Positions 26,611-39,510 are shown, numbered from the whole stretch's first letter. The stretch is DNA of 54,524 nt, filler included, from Sluysia triapertura (GCA_046118255.1; 4 parts of 4 records of this genome joined end to end with filler, not necessarily neighbours in it), one strand, 5' to 3'. The notes: generated by a model not told the origin, from the sequence alone. Program-made: numbers and translations.

Positions 26611-27567
26611 TCAAAAGTGGGATAAATCATAAAATCGATCATAAAAAGTTGAATGAATTATTGTTTTGTTAATGTCTAAAGAGTCACTTATATGGTTAAC
26701 TGTCGAGGTCGAACGCATCGCCGTCATCGCTGGAATCTGTTGTTTTCCGATGATCCAAAAATTCTTTCCTGGGAACGTCCACACGGGCGAAGTTGTACCT
26801 GTGATCTGACGGGAATTGTCGATATAAGGTGATGTTGGTGGCGATCGACAGGTGATCATGTTGTTGACGACCATTTCTGCTGGGCCAGGTGGAAGAAAAA
26901 GAGAAGGAGAAAGCAGATTACAATTGGGAATAAAGGATAGGTCATGCTTTCTGATATAATCAAATAGATGGACAAATTCAGTGGCCATTTTTACACAATC
27001 AAATCGCGGCAATACAGAATATAAGAGTTTGAAAGTTTGCCGAGTATCGAGAAATAAGATTGCGATTATTGAAATTGATAATTCCTCGGACCCATCCGAA
27101 AGGAATGTGTAGTGTTCTTAAGACCAAGCTAGGGTTGGAACTTGGCCAATAAATATCGCTGTGTATCGTAAAGGTCATTGGTTGTTTTTAGATCGTCTTC
27201 TTTAAGACCATGTACGTCAGTACGAAAGTTGGATAACCTGCAATAATGACGGACTTTTGCCTCCCTGTGGTATTGTTTACTATATGGCGTACGTGCCAAT
27301 TGGATAATCATTGGGTTATCCTCCAAATCAACAAGCCACAAACAAAAGGCGTTCTTCATCAAAGATGGATAATGGAGGTTTGTGTGTAAAGGAAGAACCT
27401 CCCATCCATCTGGCGATATTATCAAGATCTTTTCATAGAAGCAGGGCAAAAAATGAATTAGGATCTCTCGGTGGCAATAAGAAAATAAGTGCTAGAGAAG
27501 GAGGTAGTTCCAAGGCTTCAATATATATAACGCAACCCACATTTAAGTGGGAAAGACAGGTCGACAT
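26611..27567 (-). pseudogene. Intronless, GC-elevated disrupted ORF of unknown family
   Basis: ATG at 27567 (MSTCLSHLNV...), then ORFs 27449-27129 and 27012-26611 in shifted frames. GC visibly higher than the flanks. Peptide echoes elsewhere in the window. Confidence 0.5.
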
Positions 27568-27636
27568 AGCGTCAACTCGTAAAATGACAATTTATTAACG
27601 TTAAATGTAGAATTAAATATCCTCAATATTCATAGA

Positions 27637-27917
27637 TTATACTTTTAAATTGAGGTAGAAACTGTTCTCACAGTCCGAGTATGTTAAATTTTATCCCTAC
27701 AATGACAAAAACAATTGTGTGCTGTAAAATTTGTAGAATGTTATGCTGTATATTGGAAAAAGAATCAATATGTACTGACAATCGTTAGAATAATGAAGAA
27801 AAGAAGGATTAGATCATTCTAAATCAATTAATTGTTTTGGAAATAGTGAGATAACTCAATTAATAATTCCGAAAGACAATACTATTTCAGAGAAATTGAA
27901 ATATTGACCGGCGTTGG
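27637..27917 (+). pseudogene. Disrupted exon resembling the end of an F5/8 type C domain
   Basis: catag acceptor; EYVKFYPYNDKNNCVL..FVECY (compare RYVRxxP...LRxELYGC); ends FREIEILTGV/gtaaaa; internal stops. Confidence 0.3.
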
Positions 27918-29937
27918 TAAAACTACATTCAAGAGTTGCGTCTTTAAATTATTTATATTAACCTTTTAATAACTTTAAATTCAAAACTCAGAAAAACAAA
28001 GATTTACCTTCAATTATATTCTCTATATCACATTAAATATAATATAACAATTACGACAATAAATATCAATGATATTATAATAAATATTATAATCAAGATA
28101 TGTAAAACATTAATCAAATGACCGTTAACTTATAGAGCATTAATAGCATAAAATTACACAATTAAGAAAAGTTACCGCAAGCGACAACCAAAATTGTAAG
28201 ATTAAATTAAATCAGTATAATCATATGCAAAATAAGTAATATAAGTAATAAGTAATATTTATCTTTTAATACTATAATTCAAATTGAACTCACGGTTCAC
28301 AATTCTAATAATATGAAATTCTTAAAAATTTCATATTGCTTAAATTTTTGAATTAAAATCTGTATTTTAATACATTATTATTATTTGCATTATTGAATAA
28401 ACTTTATTATTCCACGTGTTACTATTGTTTAACTGGAATATTCCATTTAATCGAATCACCACTCACAAAATAAATTTTTTACGTAGTAAATAAATTATAA
28501 AGTTATAAGCTTTATAAAATTTCAGAGAGATAATATGTATTAATTAAAAAAATTATCGATTAAATTATATTATTTTTAAATATTAGGATCACACAAACTA
28601 TCTCTACGTAACCTCGCTTTAATAGCGGAATTTAATCATAGCGTACTTTTATAGTATCGTTTATAGTATCATTTAGAGTATCGTTTCTTGACCTCCATTC
28701 GTCCCTTTTAACGTTACGCTGACATTTACAAGTCCAATATGGTAAGGGACTCATAAATTTACATAAAGCATCAATAAAATCAAAAGTTAAAGATTTACCA
28801 ACATATTGTTCGGGTTATCAGAAGATAAATGATTGTAATTGTATCAATATTTTCTAAAATTTTACAAAAAATTTATTAGTATATTTATTAATTAATTTAC
28901 TGAAAATTATTTGAAAATCATTTTTGATCAATAACTTTCCGTATGATGTTTGCATAAGAGCGGGTATAACATATAATAAAATACAATTACGAAATTTATT
29001 GAAATATTTTAAGATTGATTTGTAATAAATTGTAATTAATTGTCGCAAAAGCATGAGTTATATTAAGGTAACTATTATTTGATTTCTCTTGTAATATATT
29101 CTTCCACACATTAAAGCTCGTTTGTATAAATTTTCCATTTTTGTTTTTAATAAAAGTTATATTAATAATAATAATAGTATTGCTTTTTGTTAATTATGTA
29201 TTCGACTGGTTGAAAGATTATAATAAGCTTAAATAATTTTTGCGCTAATTTTAAAAAATTAATTGCATAAATGTAGCAACCCTCTATTAAATCAAATAAG
29301 GATAAATTATTTTAACGGAAATTGATAATAAAAAACCCGCAGAATTTAAAATTAAATCAATCTTCTAACAAAAATTTTAAGTAACATAAATGAGACTATT
29401 ATTTTTCTATTTTTAATAAAAACCTTTCGGTTTAACTTCTTTTCCTTCCAAGCATAATCAATATATTATTATTCTTTTGCGCTAAGCTTAATTTTTAAAT
29501 GTTCTAAATTATTGCCCAAATTGGTGTTAGGAATGGTCTCAAGAACACATGAGAAAACAAATCACTTTAAAATAAATCATAAATTATGTTTCATGTGCAT
29601 CGGACTATCTGGAATTAAAATACAAATTATTTTATGCTTCAAATCTAAAATGAATATTAGCATTCACAATTAAGCTTTTACTATTGCTTCTTTTTTTCTG
29701 CTTTTTTTCCAGGTGTCGTCAATTTCTATCCAATTACATTAATTTACAATAACAATATTTCCAAAAATGATAACATATATAAATAATGTAACACATTAAT
29801 AATGTAAATAAAATAAGAGAATACAAAAATATCAATAAATCATTTCTTTTCAAAATAAATAAAAATGGTTTAGTAAATAATCTATTTTCAAATTACATAT
29901 TTAGAATTAGTTTCTAACGTTTCAGTTTATTTACGAA

Positions 29938-30065
29938 ATGATCATTTTTAAAATTCTTACCATAAAATTAATACTACATTACATTAAAAATGATATTATA
30001 TCAGTGGATAAAGCCATAAAGCCAAATGGATTCAAAGTACTCTTTGACAATAATGACAAAACTTG
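29938..30065 (+). CDS. Exon A of F5/8-type-C/fucolectin-like repeat gene (5' boundary uncertain)
   Basis: ...IKPNGFKVLFDNNDKT then TG/gtttgt; phase 2 joins exon B to give LFDNNDKTC. Confidence 0.55.
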
Positions 30066-30604
30066 GTTTGTTATCTTTTTAAAATTTTGGATTTAAAAAT
30101 TAATCATAATGTTTGAAATAATTAAAAATAAAATAAATTTTAACAGTAATATATGATTTTATTACAATTGAATAATTATCTTATTAAATTAGCGATTAGA
30201 AGAAGTCAAGGCATTAAATTTTAAAAATAATTATATAATGACCAATATTCACAATAAACTGAAAAGCTATTTAATAACAGTTTGGAACCAAAATCTTCCA
30301 ATGACCCAGCATATTTCCAATGAATGTTTATTTTATTTATATAGCAACTTTAACAAACGCAGTATCATAGAATTCCGAATCCTTATAGAAAGAATTTAAA
30401 AATTAATCTTAGAGACTTTGGAATATTATTTTATAATATCAACATCAGTAAACAATATTATAATTATTAAATTTCTAACGTTATTATTTTTCCTGAAGCT
30501 GTGCGAGTTTTTAACCCAATTTTTACAATATTTTTACAATAATTTTAAAATATTCCAATCCAACATGCACAGCAATGACTTGTGGATTTTATAAACATTT
30601 CACG

Positions 30605-31354
30605 TGTTAGATTGTCACCACAACTCTATAATATAATGTAAAATATCATAACACTTTAAAATTATTTACAACTATTTAAAAATTAATTAAAATCATAGAT
30701 AATGCTTTAAAAGTATTTATTAAAATCTCTTAAAACGTAATTATTTTCCAAAAAAGAAATTACTTTTCGAAAAAAGTAAATTAGCTTATAAAAATAGAAT
30801 AGAAGTTTCTAGAATGTCCTAGAACATTCCAGTGGCTGATGACTAGTACATAAACTAACTTCAGTTTACTGAAAATAGCCATTTTAAAAAATTTATCGAT
30901 TCATTTTTGCAGCGCCTTTGTTCTAGGAACGGTTCAAAATTCGCAGTCATTCAACAATTTGGAAAATATCCATCGGATATTATCGGATAACATCCATTCT
31001 TGGTAATTTATGTATTTGTAGGGTCAATTTCAACTTTAGAAGTTGAAATTTTAAAATACACGTAAATTTCATAACATTTTGTAAATCTTTTTCTAAGTCT
31101 CCGATATATTGAGGGCTAATATTAATTTAAAGTGTTCGAGTGTTAGATTAAACGCTCTCTGAGCTTTAATCCATAGAATAATAATCTTTTTATAATTTAT
31201 TTTTTTGTCTTATTAATATAAATAAAATATAAAAGTATTTTATAAATAAAATTAACGTTTTTCTTTTACTTAATTATTAAAGAATTTTTAAGCATAAATT
31301 ATTAAAGTTTTTTTAATACTATTGAGCACTTGTTAACACCCTATCCACATAACA
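30605..31354 (+). mobile_element. Solo-LTR-like element with heat-shock element (copy 1)
   Basis: Starts TGTTAG, ends CATAACA (TGTTA/TAACA inverted ends); first ~290 bp align by eye with the reverse complement of 36780-37025. No target-site duplication found. Confidence 0.55.
30801..30854 (+). promoter_or_regulatory. Heat-shock element plus TATA-like box
   Basis: aGAAg tTTCt aGAAt gTCCt aGAAc aTTCc at 30801-30830 (5 of 6 pentamers perfect); TACATAAA at 30847-30854. Confidence 0.75.
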
Positions 31355-32024
31355 TTTAGATAAATTATTAGCTTACTTAGTTACAGGAACACCCTCTCCA
31401 CGACATAAGAACCATACACGTCAGTTCTTATATAAAAATACATGTTATAAATTTGTTAATGTGTTTCTTTTATTACGATATGTTTTTATTATTGTTGGTA
31501 TTAATTAATAGTGCTTCAAAATAAGTCAAAGATAGTTTAAAATAATTTTATGTAATATGGTTAATTTTAAAATGTTTGCTATCAAAACTCACTTAATTGT
31601 TCAATTGGCACTTTAAGCTAATCAAATGTCCAACAAAACCTTTGCAATATTTCTTTTTTACATTGTTTGGGCTTTAGTTTTTACTTAGTGTAATCGTAGT
31701 AGTACATTGACAATTAAATCAGCATATTAATATAATCGATAATATAGGATTTGGTGTAACGTGATAATTCTTGGCTATGTATATGCTTAAATAAATTTCC
31801 GAGATTTTTAAAAAATATTTTTCACATTTATTAAATATTAAATATAACCTTTTTAATTTCTTTTTCTATAAAGTTTAATTAATTTTTGTATCTAATTTAA
31901 AAATTTTATATTCTAAATTTTATATATTATATATTTTTAAATTATATAATATGGACCTAAATTTTATATATTATATATATTATTCATAACTAATTATAAA
32001 ATAAATTAATAAATTTCTCTTTAG

Positions 32025-32281
32025 TATTTTTCTACCTAATAATTCCGAATGGTTTTTAACATTAGAAGGATATGGAATTGTTGAAAAAATCAGAATAGCA
32101 TCGAAATCAAATTATTCAAATATATATGTACATTCGTATAATCTCAATAAAATAGTTTATTCTCAAATTATATCTGGGAAAGCTATTGAATTCATTTACG
32201 AAAATGGATTCTTAACAACAATGCTGGCATTCTTCGTACCAGATAAAATAAACTCTTTTTGTGAAATTACAATTTTGGGAG
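32025..32281 (+). CDS. Exon B of F5/8-type-C/fucolectin-like repeat gene
   Basis: ctctttag acceptor, 85 open codons IFLPNNSEWFLTLEGYGIVEKIRI...SFCEITILG, G/gtaaga donor. CEITILG matches the CEVEVxG domain end. Confidence 0.7.
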
Positions 32282-33661
32282 GTAAGATATTTATTTGAAT
32301 AAAAATTGCTTAGAAATAAGTGGAGTGTTCATTATTAGTAAGACTAAGAAATTCTTGGTTTTCTGAATAACGTTATAATTATATCTAATTTAACAAAATA
32401 TATGTTCTGTATTAATATTATATTTTATTTTGTGAAAATTCACAAAAGTGGAAAGAGTATATTTTAAGAATTAAACATGTGTTTAAAAATTTTTGGTCAA
32501 CATTTTGTTGATCATTTTATATTAAATTTGTAATATTTTTCATACCCTTTTGTGCTTTAATAAAACTTTAGCGTTGGAGGAAATTTAATTTCCAATGAAA
32601 CATAATTACTTCTTTCAAATATCTTTTTCAATTTAATAAAAATTTTAATTTTAATTAACCTCAACTTATTAATTAGTTTTAGTTTAGCTAAATAATTTTT
32701 GTCCATTTTGTCCGTAAAAGAAATCCAACCATTACTACGTATAGGAGATTAGTAATGATTTTCCAAGTTTTTCAAATAAACTAAAGTGTCTACAAGCTTT
32801 TCAGTGTTCCAAAACGCTTTTTATTTTTATTATTTTCCTCTTCAAGTTTTTTCATTTGGTTTTCTTGTCTGACTTATTTTCATTTCAGTGTCAACTGTGT
32901 ATTACATTATTTAAGTGTACATTGTCAGAATCACTAAAGCGTAGAAAAGTCTAATATTTTTGAATGGTTTCGAGTAATTTAATAAAATTTATTTTTAATT
33001 TTTTGTACTATTTTTAGTAATTATAATTATAGACAAAATATTTGTAAACAAAAGAGTTTCTGCATTTACCTCAATTTTGAATATCAAGGCAATATATCGT
33101 AATTTAAGTATTTTATACAATTATGGAAATATTTACTAAGTAAGAAACATAAAAAGGTTTTACGACAATAACACTAATTAACAACAAGCACTTAGAACAC
33201 AATTATTCTAAAATACTTAATTTTAGAATAATCAGTTTTTGCACTTTGAAAATGCAAATTTCAAAAAAGAATTAATTGTTAAAAACAAAAGAAAAATATT
33301 TGACTTTAATTGCTCTAAAGATCATGGTATTATGACAGTTTAACTGTTGTCAAATAATTATTATGAAATATATAATAAAGTCTTTCTAGTCATTAAAGAT
33401 TTTGCATATATTTTAAACTTTGCAGTTGAGTACAAAAAGCTTTGTTTAAAATGATGCGAAAATAAAAATAAAGTGTGGGTGTTAGCATCAATTTTTGACT
33501 TTTGTAAAGTAAAATTCATGCTAAAATTTGTTAATTTGGTTTCGCAAGTTTTGGAACGAGTTTTAACCTTAAGATTAAAATTTTCAAATCTTAATCTTAA
33601 TTCCAATCTATAGCTAAATGTACAAAATGCATTGTGGTAAATTTACGATGAGATATATATA

Positions 33662-33722
33662 ATATAATATATTAATTTATATTGCACTCATATCTATTGC
33701 GTAAGTACTCAAAAGCGCTTAA
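33662..33722 (-). mobile_element. L2/Crack LINE 3' terminus
   Basis: Reverse complement ttaagcgcttttgagtact...atgagtgcaatataaattaat. Confidence 0.6.
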
Positions 33723-34072
33723 ATTAAATTAAATACAAAAAGTTTATAATTTTTTCTAGGCCACAAAGTTATTTGATTGCGGCTGTTTATTGAATAATCC
33801 ATAAAAGTTTTAAATAATTTAATAATTTAAAATGTGTTCAGTGCACATGAAATAATGTGCCTTTATTTCCTATATTCTGTGTAAAATTATAATTTTATGG
33901 GCCACAAAAATTCTGAATTAAGGAGGCATTTTATAAAATAAGTTTTTTTATAGAAAAAAATTGATAAATACATTGAAAAATGTGTATTTTATAATTTTGA
34001 AATATTTTATTTGCCAGTAATTTTTTAAAACAACATTCTATAATAAATGCATAAAATATTTATTTTATAAAG

Positions 34073-34181
34073 TAATGGTGAATTACCATCCAGAAATGTT
34101 TAAATATATCCAGTATGAAGATTTGAAAAATGTAAAAGATGTACCTCCTTCTTTGTTTGATAATAACATCAATTTAAAACC
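34073..34181 (+). CDS. Exon C of F5/8-type-C/fucolectin-like repeat gene
   Basis: Phase-1 acceptor matches exon B; VMVNYHPEMFKY...PPSLFDNNINLKP repeats the LFDNN motif and ends in phase 2 like exon A; gttagt donor. Confidence 0.6.
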
Positions 34182-35015
34182 GTTAGTAAAACTGATATAT
34201 AACGTGAATAAATGTGCATTGAAAAGCAACAAATTAAATATTTTTCATTAAATTTTGAATTAAAATAAAAAAGAAAATTGCTTATAGGCACATTATTATA
34301 TATTTTTCTATTAAAATTATTCAAGTATTGTAATAAAATTTCACATTTAAAATATATTTTTTCTAAGACACAGTTTAATCTAAACGTATTACAATGTTAA
34401 TTTTTTTAACGAACAAAATTTATACAGTTAGTTAATTATTGATGTATTTAAGTAAATATAACAATAATACATTATTTCATAAAGGGCTAATATCCATTTT
34501 GAAATAAATACCTAATATTTCTACAATAGAAACAACTTTGTCGTCTATTTGAATATTTAATAATATTCTAAGATATACTATCTCCTGCTAAGTGATTCTA
34601 GATTTTTAAAAACAAACTATTAATTATTCTACTACCTCTGCGCATTTTGCAAATAATTGTTATCTTAAAATATAATCATTTTAGTTATTGCATTTTACGG
34701 ATGCATAATGAATACTATTACCAACATATGCAAACCTGCAAACTTATCAAAACAAACTTCTGCAGTATAACTATAGAAATACTTCGGGGCAGTATAAAAT
34801 TATTGGGGCATATATATTCTTACTGGCTAATTGGGTATAATTAGGTATAGTTAAGTATAAGAGTATAAGATTGAGTATAATAAACCATTATTACATTTCT
34901 TACATTATTAGATTTCTTAAAATGTTGCATTTCCAGGCGATATATTTCCAAACATTTCCAATTCAACACTATTTATTATTACAGTTAATTGTTTAATTAG
35001 AGTTGGTAACCTTAA

Positions 35016-35215
35016 CCTTCCGCCTTCCAGTTAGGTCCAATGGACCCGAGAGTAAATTTGACTAGTTATTTTTATTAATGTTTCATGAAAATTGTATTGA
35101 ATAAATAAAATGTATTAAATAAATCCGTTTAACAAAAAAAATTAACTTTGTTATTATGAGTCCAATAGATTCCATATGTATGCAATGCATACATACTTTT
35201 TTGGTAGACTGAAGG
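35016..35215. mobile_element. piggyBac-like MITE, 200 bp
   Basis: TTAA/CCTTCCGCCTTCC...GGTAGACTGAAGG/TTAT with internal ggtccaatggaccc motif. Confidence 0.6.
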
Positions 35216-36149
35216 TTATCGCACCAAAATTTACAATCTATATTAAAATTATTGCTAAATTATTCTTACTCTTGAAAAAATAAATTGATATATGTTACGG
35301 GTTCGTATACAGTGTACATTTTGTTTTCCTCAAAAAATGCACAAAGATAGATTTTAATTGCTAAATAAACATAGCTTTCAAATGTTGCGTAGAATCTTAA
35401 TAATATCTTATCTGCAAAAATTTAGGTATATTTTTAAAGGCTAAGCACAATAAAAATGAATTTAATAATAAAGTCTCTATTACATACGTAATTAAATTAC
35501 ATGTAAAATCAAAAGCTCAGTATGGCATACGTAATTAAATCAGAAGTTCACTATTATATGTGCAAGTTACTCCTCCAAAATGAGTATTTTAAATTTGTTC
35601 ATAATTAAGCAGAATAATGGGTACTTTTATTTTTGTTTCTTTTTCTTTTATTATAAGATTTTTTCTTTCTAATTGCAAGTACGCACAATTATGTAATGAT
35701 TATTTTTCTTTTCATAATTTTTGTAATTGCTGACAGGCACAAATAACTACTGATATCAAAATCTGATGTGTGTATTGATGTAATAACAATATTGATTTTT
35801 ATTGTGTATAAATAATATTGTAAATTATTGATAAATTATCGATTTTTAATTCATTTAACAACTTTGAATTTGGAATAATTTTAATTTTATTTGGAACAAT
35901 TTTATGTAAATAATATTTAATTTTATTTAAATTTTATAAAAGTAAGATTTTTTGTTTTATTATTTGAATTTATTGTTCGTTTAAACCTATCAAGGTTAAA
36001 TTAAAATGAGTATAAATAATCTCAACATAACACAAGACAGCACAAGTTAATTCTTTAACACAAGTTAATTCTTAAAATTTTTAAACAATCTTGGCTAGAA
36101 AAGGTCTATTCTTGGAGAGAAAATTTTTACCATATATTTTGTCGTAAAT

Positions 36150-36211
36150 AATAATACATTAATTTATATTGCGCTCATATATGCTGCGACAGTACTCAAA
36201 AACGCTTAAAG
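36150..36211 (-). mobile_element. L2/Crack LINE 3' terminus, separated from its body by an insertion
   Basis: Reverse complement ttaagcgtttttgagtact...atgagcgcaatataaattaat; same strand as the LINE body at 37026-37530. Confidence 0.65.
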
Positions 36212-37025
36212 TGCTATGGTTTTCCTTAATGCTAAACCTACGGTAAAATAAAATTGAGCAGGGTGCAGCTACAGTAAGTCTCTTACACCTCTGTGGCTAA
36301 GAAAATTGAAATCGTACTTAAACTTCTTTAAAAGTCACGTATAACGTCTTTTTATTATGAGAGTCTTACATCTATTTATCAAAGAATAAATAACAAAGAT
36401 TAAATTTTATTATTATTTTCAAAATAAACAGAGATTTAAGAATATATTAGTAATAATATAAATTAAAATCAAAATTTCTGGAAATATTTGACTTTAAATT
36501 AAAAATTTAATAATCTAAAATTCCTTTCATTACATCGAGGATGAAAAATCAATTAAATAAAATATTTTAAGTTGATTTTAATATTTTTTATCTTTCGTAA
36601 TCATAGAAGATAAGATAGAGTTTCCAAAATCCAAATTAATGCGACTGAACCAAATACCAAAATAGAGTCAATGCTAATTGTATAAAACGCCGAATAACTG
36701 ATTGAATTACTAAATTTATGATAATTGTTTCGCAAATTGACTGAATAGAATCAAAATGGCTACTGAATAAAATTAAATGCTAAATTTAAATGGCGATTTT
36801 CATTAAACTAATGCTGGTTTATATACTAGTTTATATTCTAGAACATTCTTGAAGCTTCCATTCTATTTATAGAGGCAAATCTTCCTTTTTAGAATTTCTA
36901 TTTTCTTTTTTGGATAATAAATGTTTTTTGGATTTTTGGAAACTCTTAAATATTTTTTAAATGATTTAAAAGAAATTTTAATAATATTTTACATAATTTT
37001 AAGGGGTTGTTATGGAAACCTAACA
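36212..37025 (-). mobile_element. Solo-LTR-like element with heat-shock element (copy 2), nested in a LINE
   Basis: Minus strand starts TGTTAG at 37025 and ends CCATAGCA at 36212; 5' part homologous to copy 1. Confidence 0.55.
36818..36859 (-). promoter_or_regulatory. Heat-shock element plus TATA box
   Basis: aTTCt aGAAc aTTCt tGAAg cTTCc at 36835-36859 (five perfect alternating pentamers); TATATAAA on the minus strand at 36825-36818. Confidence 0.8.
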
Positions 37026-37530
37026 ACCATAATATTTTTGAAACAGAAAGAATTTTGCCTTATTCTTAAATATTTCATTATCTTCTAGTAATTTGACAAT
37101 CTCTGGTAACTATGGTATATTTTTGAGACATAAACACTATAAAACCTATCACCTAGCTTGTTATCACTGTGGATTCTGTACAAATTATCATGCCTCAATG
37201 AAAAATTCATCCTGGTTTCCCATTTTCTTATTATTTCTAAAAGATATTCAGGACTTCGGTAATGTAAGCATTTGTAAACTATTGCCATGATTTTGAATTC
37301 TATTCTTGCTTTTATTGGTAACCAATGTAATTCTTTAAGATAAGGTGTTACACGAGATTTTCTTTCAACTTGGAGAATTAGTCTTGTTGCTTGATTAATT
37401 ATTAATTATAATTTTTTTACTTTTCTATAATGAATGGAGTACAATAAACCATTGTTAAAATCTATGCTCCTACTTTAGCTGTTTCTTTATTAATAAATTT
37501 TCGAATATTTGATATTAAGAGAAATAAGTA
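37026..37530 (-). mobile_element. L2/Crack LINE ORF2 C-terminal fragment
   Basis: RKFINKETAK...SRVTPYLKELHWLPIKARIEFKIMAIVYKCLHYRSPEYL...GDRFYSV...FKNKAKFFLFQKYY. Confidence 0.88.
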
Positions 37531-39464
37531 GGTCTTACGAATTAATATTGTGAATAATTAATAAATTAAGATCTAATTTACTTTAATAATAATTAAATTA
37601 TGATTTCTTGTTTTATTTTGATTAATGAATGTGACAATTTAAATATATTGTGCATTTTAAAATAATCATTTTTAACTTAATGGATGCAAAATAATAAATT
37701 ATATAAAATTTCAAATTACTTATAATATTCGCATTATACTATCAGATATACTATCAGATTCAGTATAAATATAAAGAAAAGAAAGAGCAAGATGGATATT
37801 TTTTCGTTATTTAATCTTAATCAAGAAATTTTAATTACAACTTATTTCCAACATTAAATCGGGGTGGGGAAAGTGAATTAAATAAATGATTTTACAAAAT
37901 ATTTTACTATTCCAATCTCTAAGATTAAAATTACTGAATAATAATGGTAAAGGCTGGACACTCGATGAATTCAGGTGTAGTGACCAAACTTATTACTCGA
38001 AATTGCAAACTTTTCATAACACACCAACATAAACAACCACATAACACTTAAATCACCCAATCCGTAAAAATCCAGTAAACTCATGTTTAAAATCTATCCA
38101 AAAAATGAAATGAAATTTATATAAATTTATTTTCAATTTCTCTTAACCCTCCTATATAAATCTTTCTCTTACTCAGTTTCACTTCTCCTTAACTTTCTAT
38201 CCAACTGTCCTTTTTTCTAACACTCCTTTGTCTCATTATCATCACAAACCTAATCAACATCAATATCATCATGAAGCTCAAATAAAACAGTCACGAGCAT
38301 CACGAACATCAACAATTACAGTCAGAAGTTTAAAGTCTAAGAGAACACTAACGCAATTCGACATGCCAACTTTATCAAAATTCTCATTACAATCCACAAT
38401 GCGCTTTTGCGATTCTAATTTTAAAGAATATCTTGAAATGCAAATACGCCTTGGACATTAAATCGAGGCAAGCTAAAGTAGAACATGAATTAATTATGCA
38501 AGATCGAGCAGTTGTTCACACAGACCTAAGAGAACAGTCTCAAGAAATTCAAGACGAAAGTTAATGACGTGATTTGACCCTAGAATCCTAAGCTCTTCAA
38601 AGTAGTATTAGTGGAGGTGATACAATCAATATACCTGAGGATAATGGTTCATTATTTGATAGTACCTCTTTCTCGTATAAAACATCAAATACATATACCG
38701 GCGCAATCGCTGCATGATTATATGATTTTCTAAATAGTCATTCAATAAAGCGATTTCTACAACATAGCTTGTATGATTATCTACAATCGCAGCATTTATT
38801 TAGCATTTATATCGGAATTACAACGGTATGATGATTGAAAATTGTATAAACAGTAGGGGTTCGACAGTTTTACTCAGTGCTCAACAAAATCCACAAATTC
38901 AACAGCAATATTTATTTAATCCACCACTTTTTCAACAATTTTTGTTTTCCAGCACGTGATTCACTCTTATTGAAACATATTTAATACTTCAATTATTTGA
39001 AAATCATTTTCGACAATTTCGTTATCTGGTATAGATGAAGTACATGGTTGTCTTTCATCAGCATCTAATAATTCAATACCACATCTAAACTCATCATCAA
39101 CAGCATTGTTTGCAAAGCAAAGAACACCAAAGGCATTTAGAGCGAAAATTAAACGTTTATAACATATCAGGCTGAGTTTAGATAAGTTTCAATACAAAAA
39201 GGAATCAAACATAAGTTTTCAACTTATTTTAGAAGCTATGAATGAATCCAATCTTATGGGTGTTTCTGTGTGCGTGAACATTATAATAAAATTATAATAT
39301 ATAGATATTTAATAAATATGAAAACATTGTAAAATAAAAATGATCCATTTACAATTTTTTTGCCATGCTGGAAATTAAATTCGTGTAAGTCTAATCCATT
39401 TAAAAGTATGATTTTGAAACATTATTACTTCATTATTGGCTTAATATAAACGTGAAATTAGCTC

Positions 39465-39510
39465 TTAACAGTCGGATGGTAGAGGGGGGGGTCCAATGGA
39501 CTCCGGGTGG
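39465..39510 (+). mobile_element. piggyBac-like element end, cut by the gap
   Basis: TTAAC...gggggggtccaatggactcc, same subterminal motif as the 35016 MITE. Confidence 0.45.

Noticed and set aside
27311-27598. Plus-strand 95-aa ORF
   Set aside because: Antisense to the better-supported minus-strand ORF family unit.
30801-36859. Heat-shock elements acting as the promoter of the HSP90 in this window
   Set aside because: They lie on another contig across an artificial spacer, at least 7 kb away, inside repeats.
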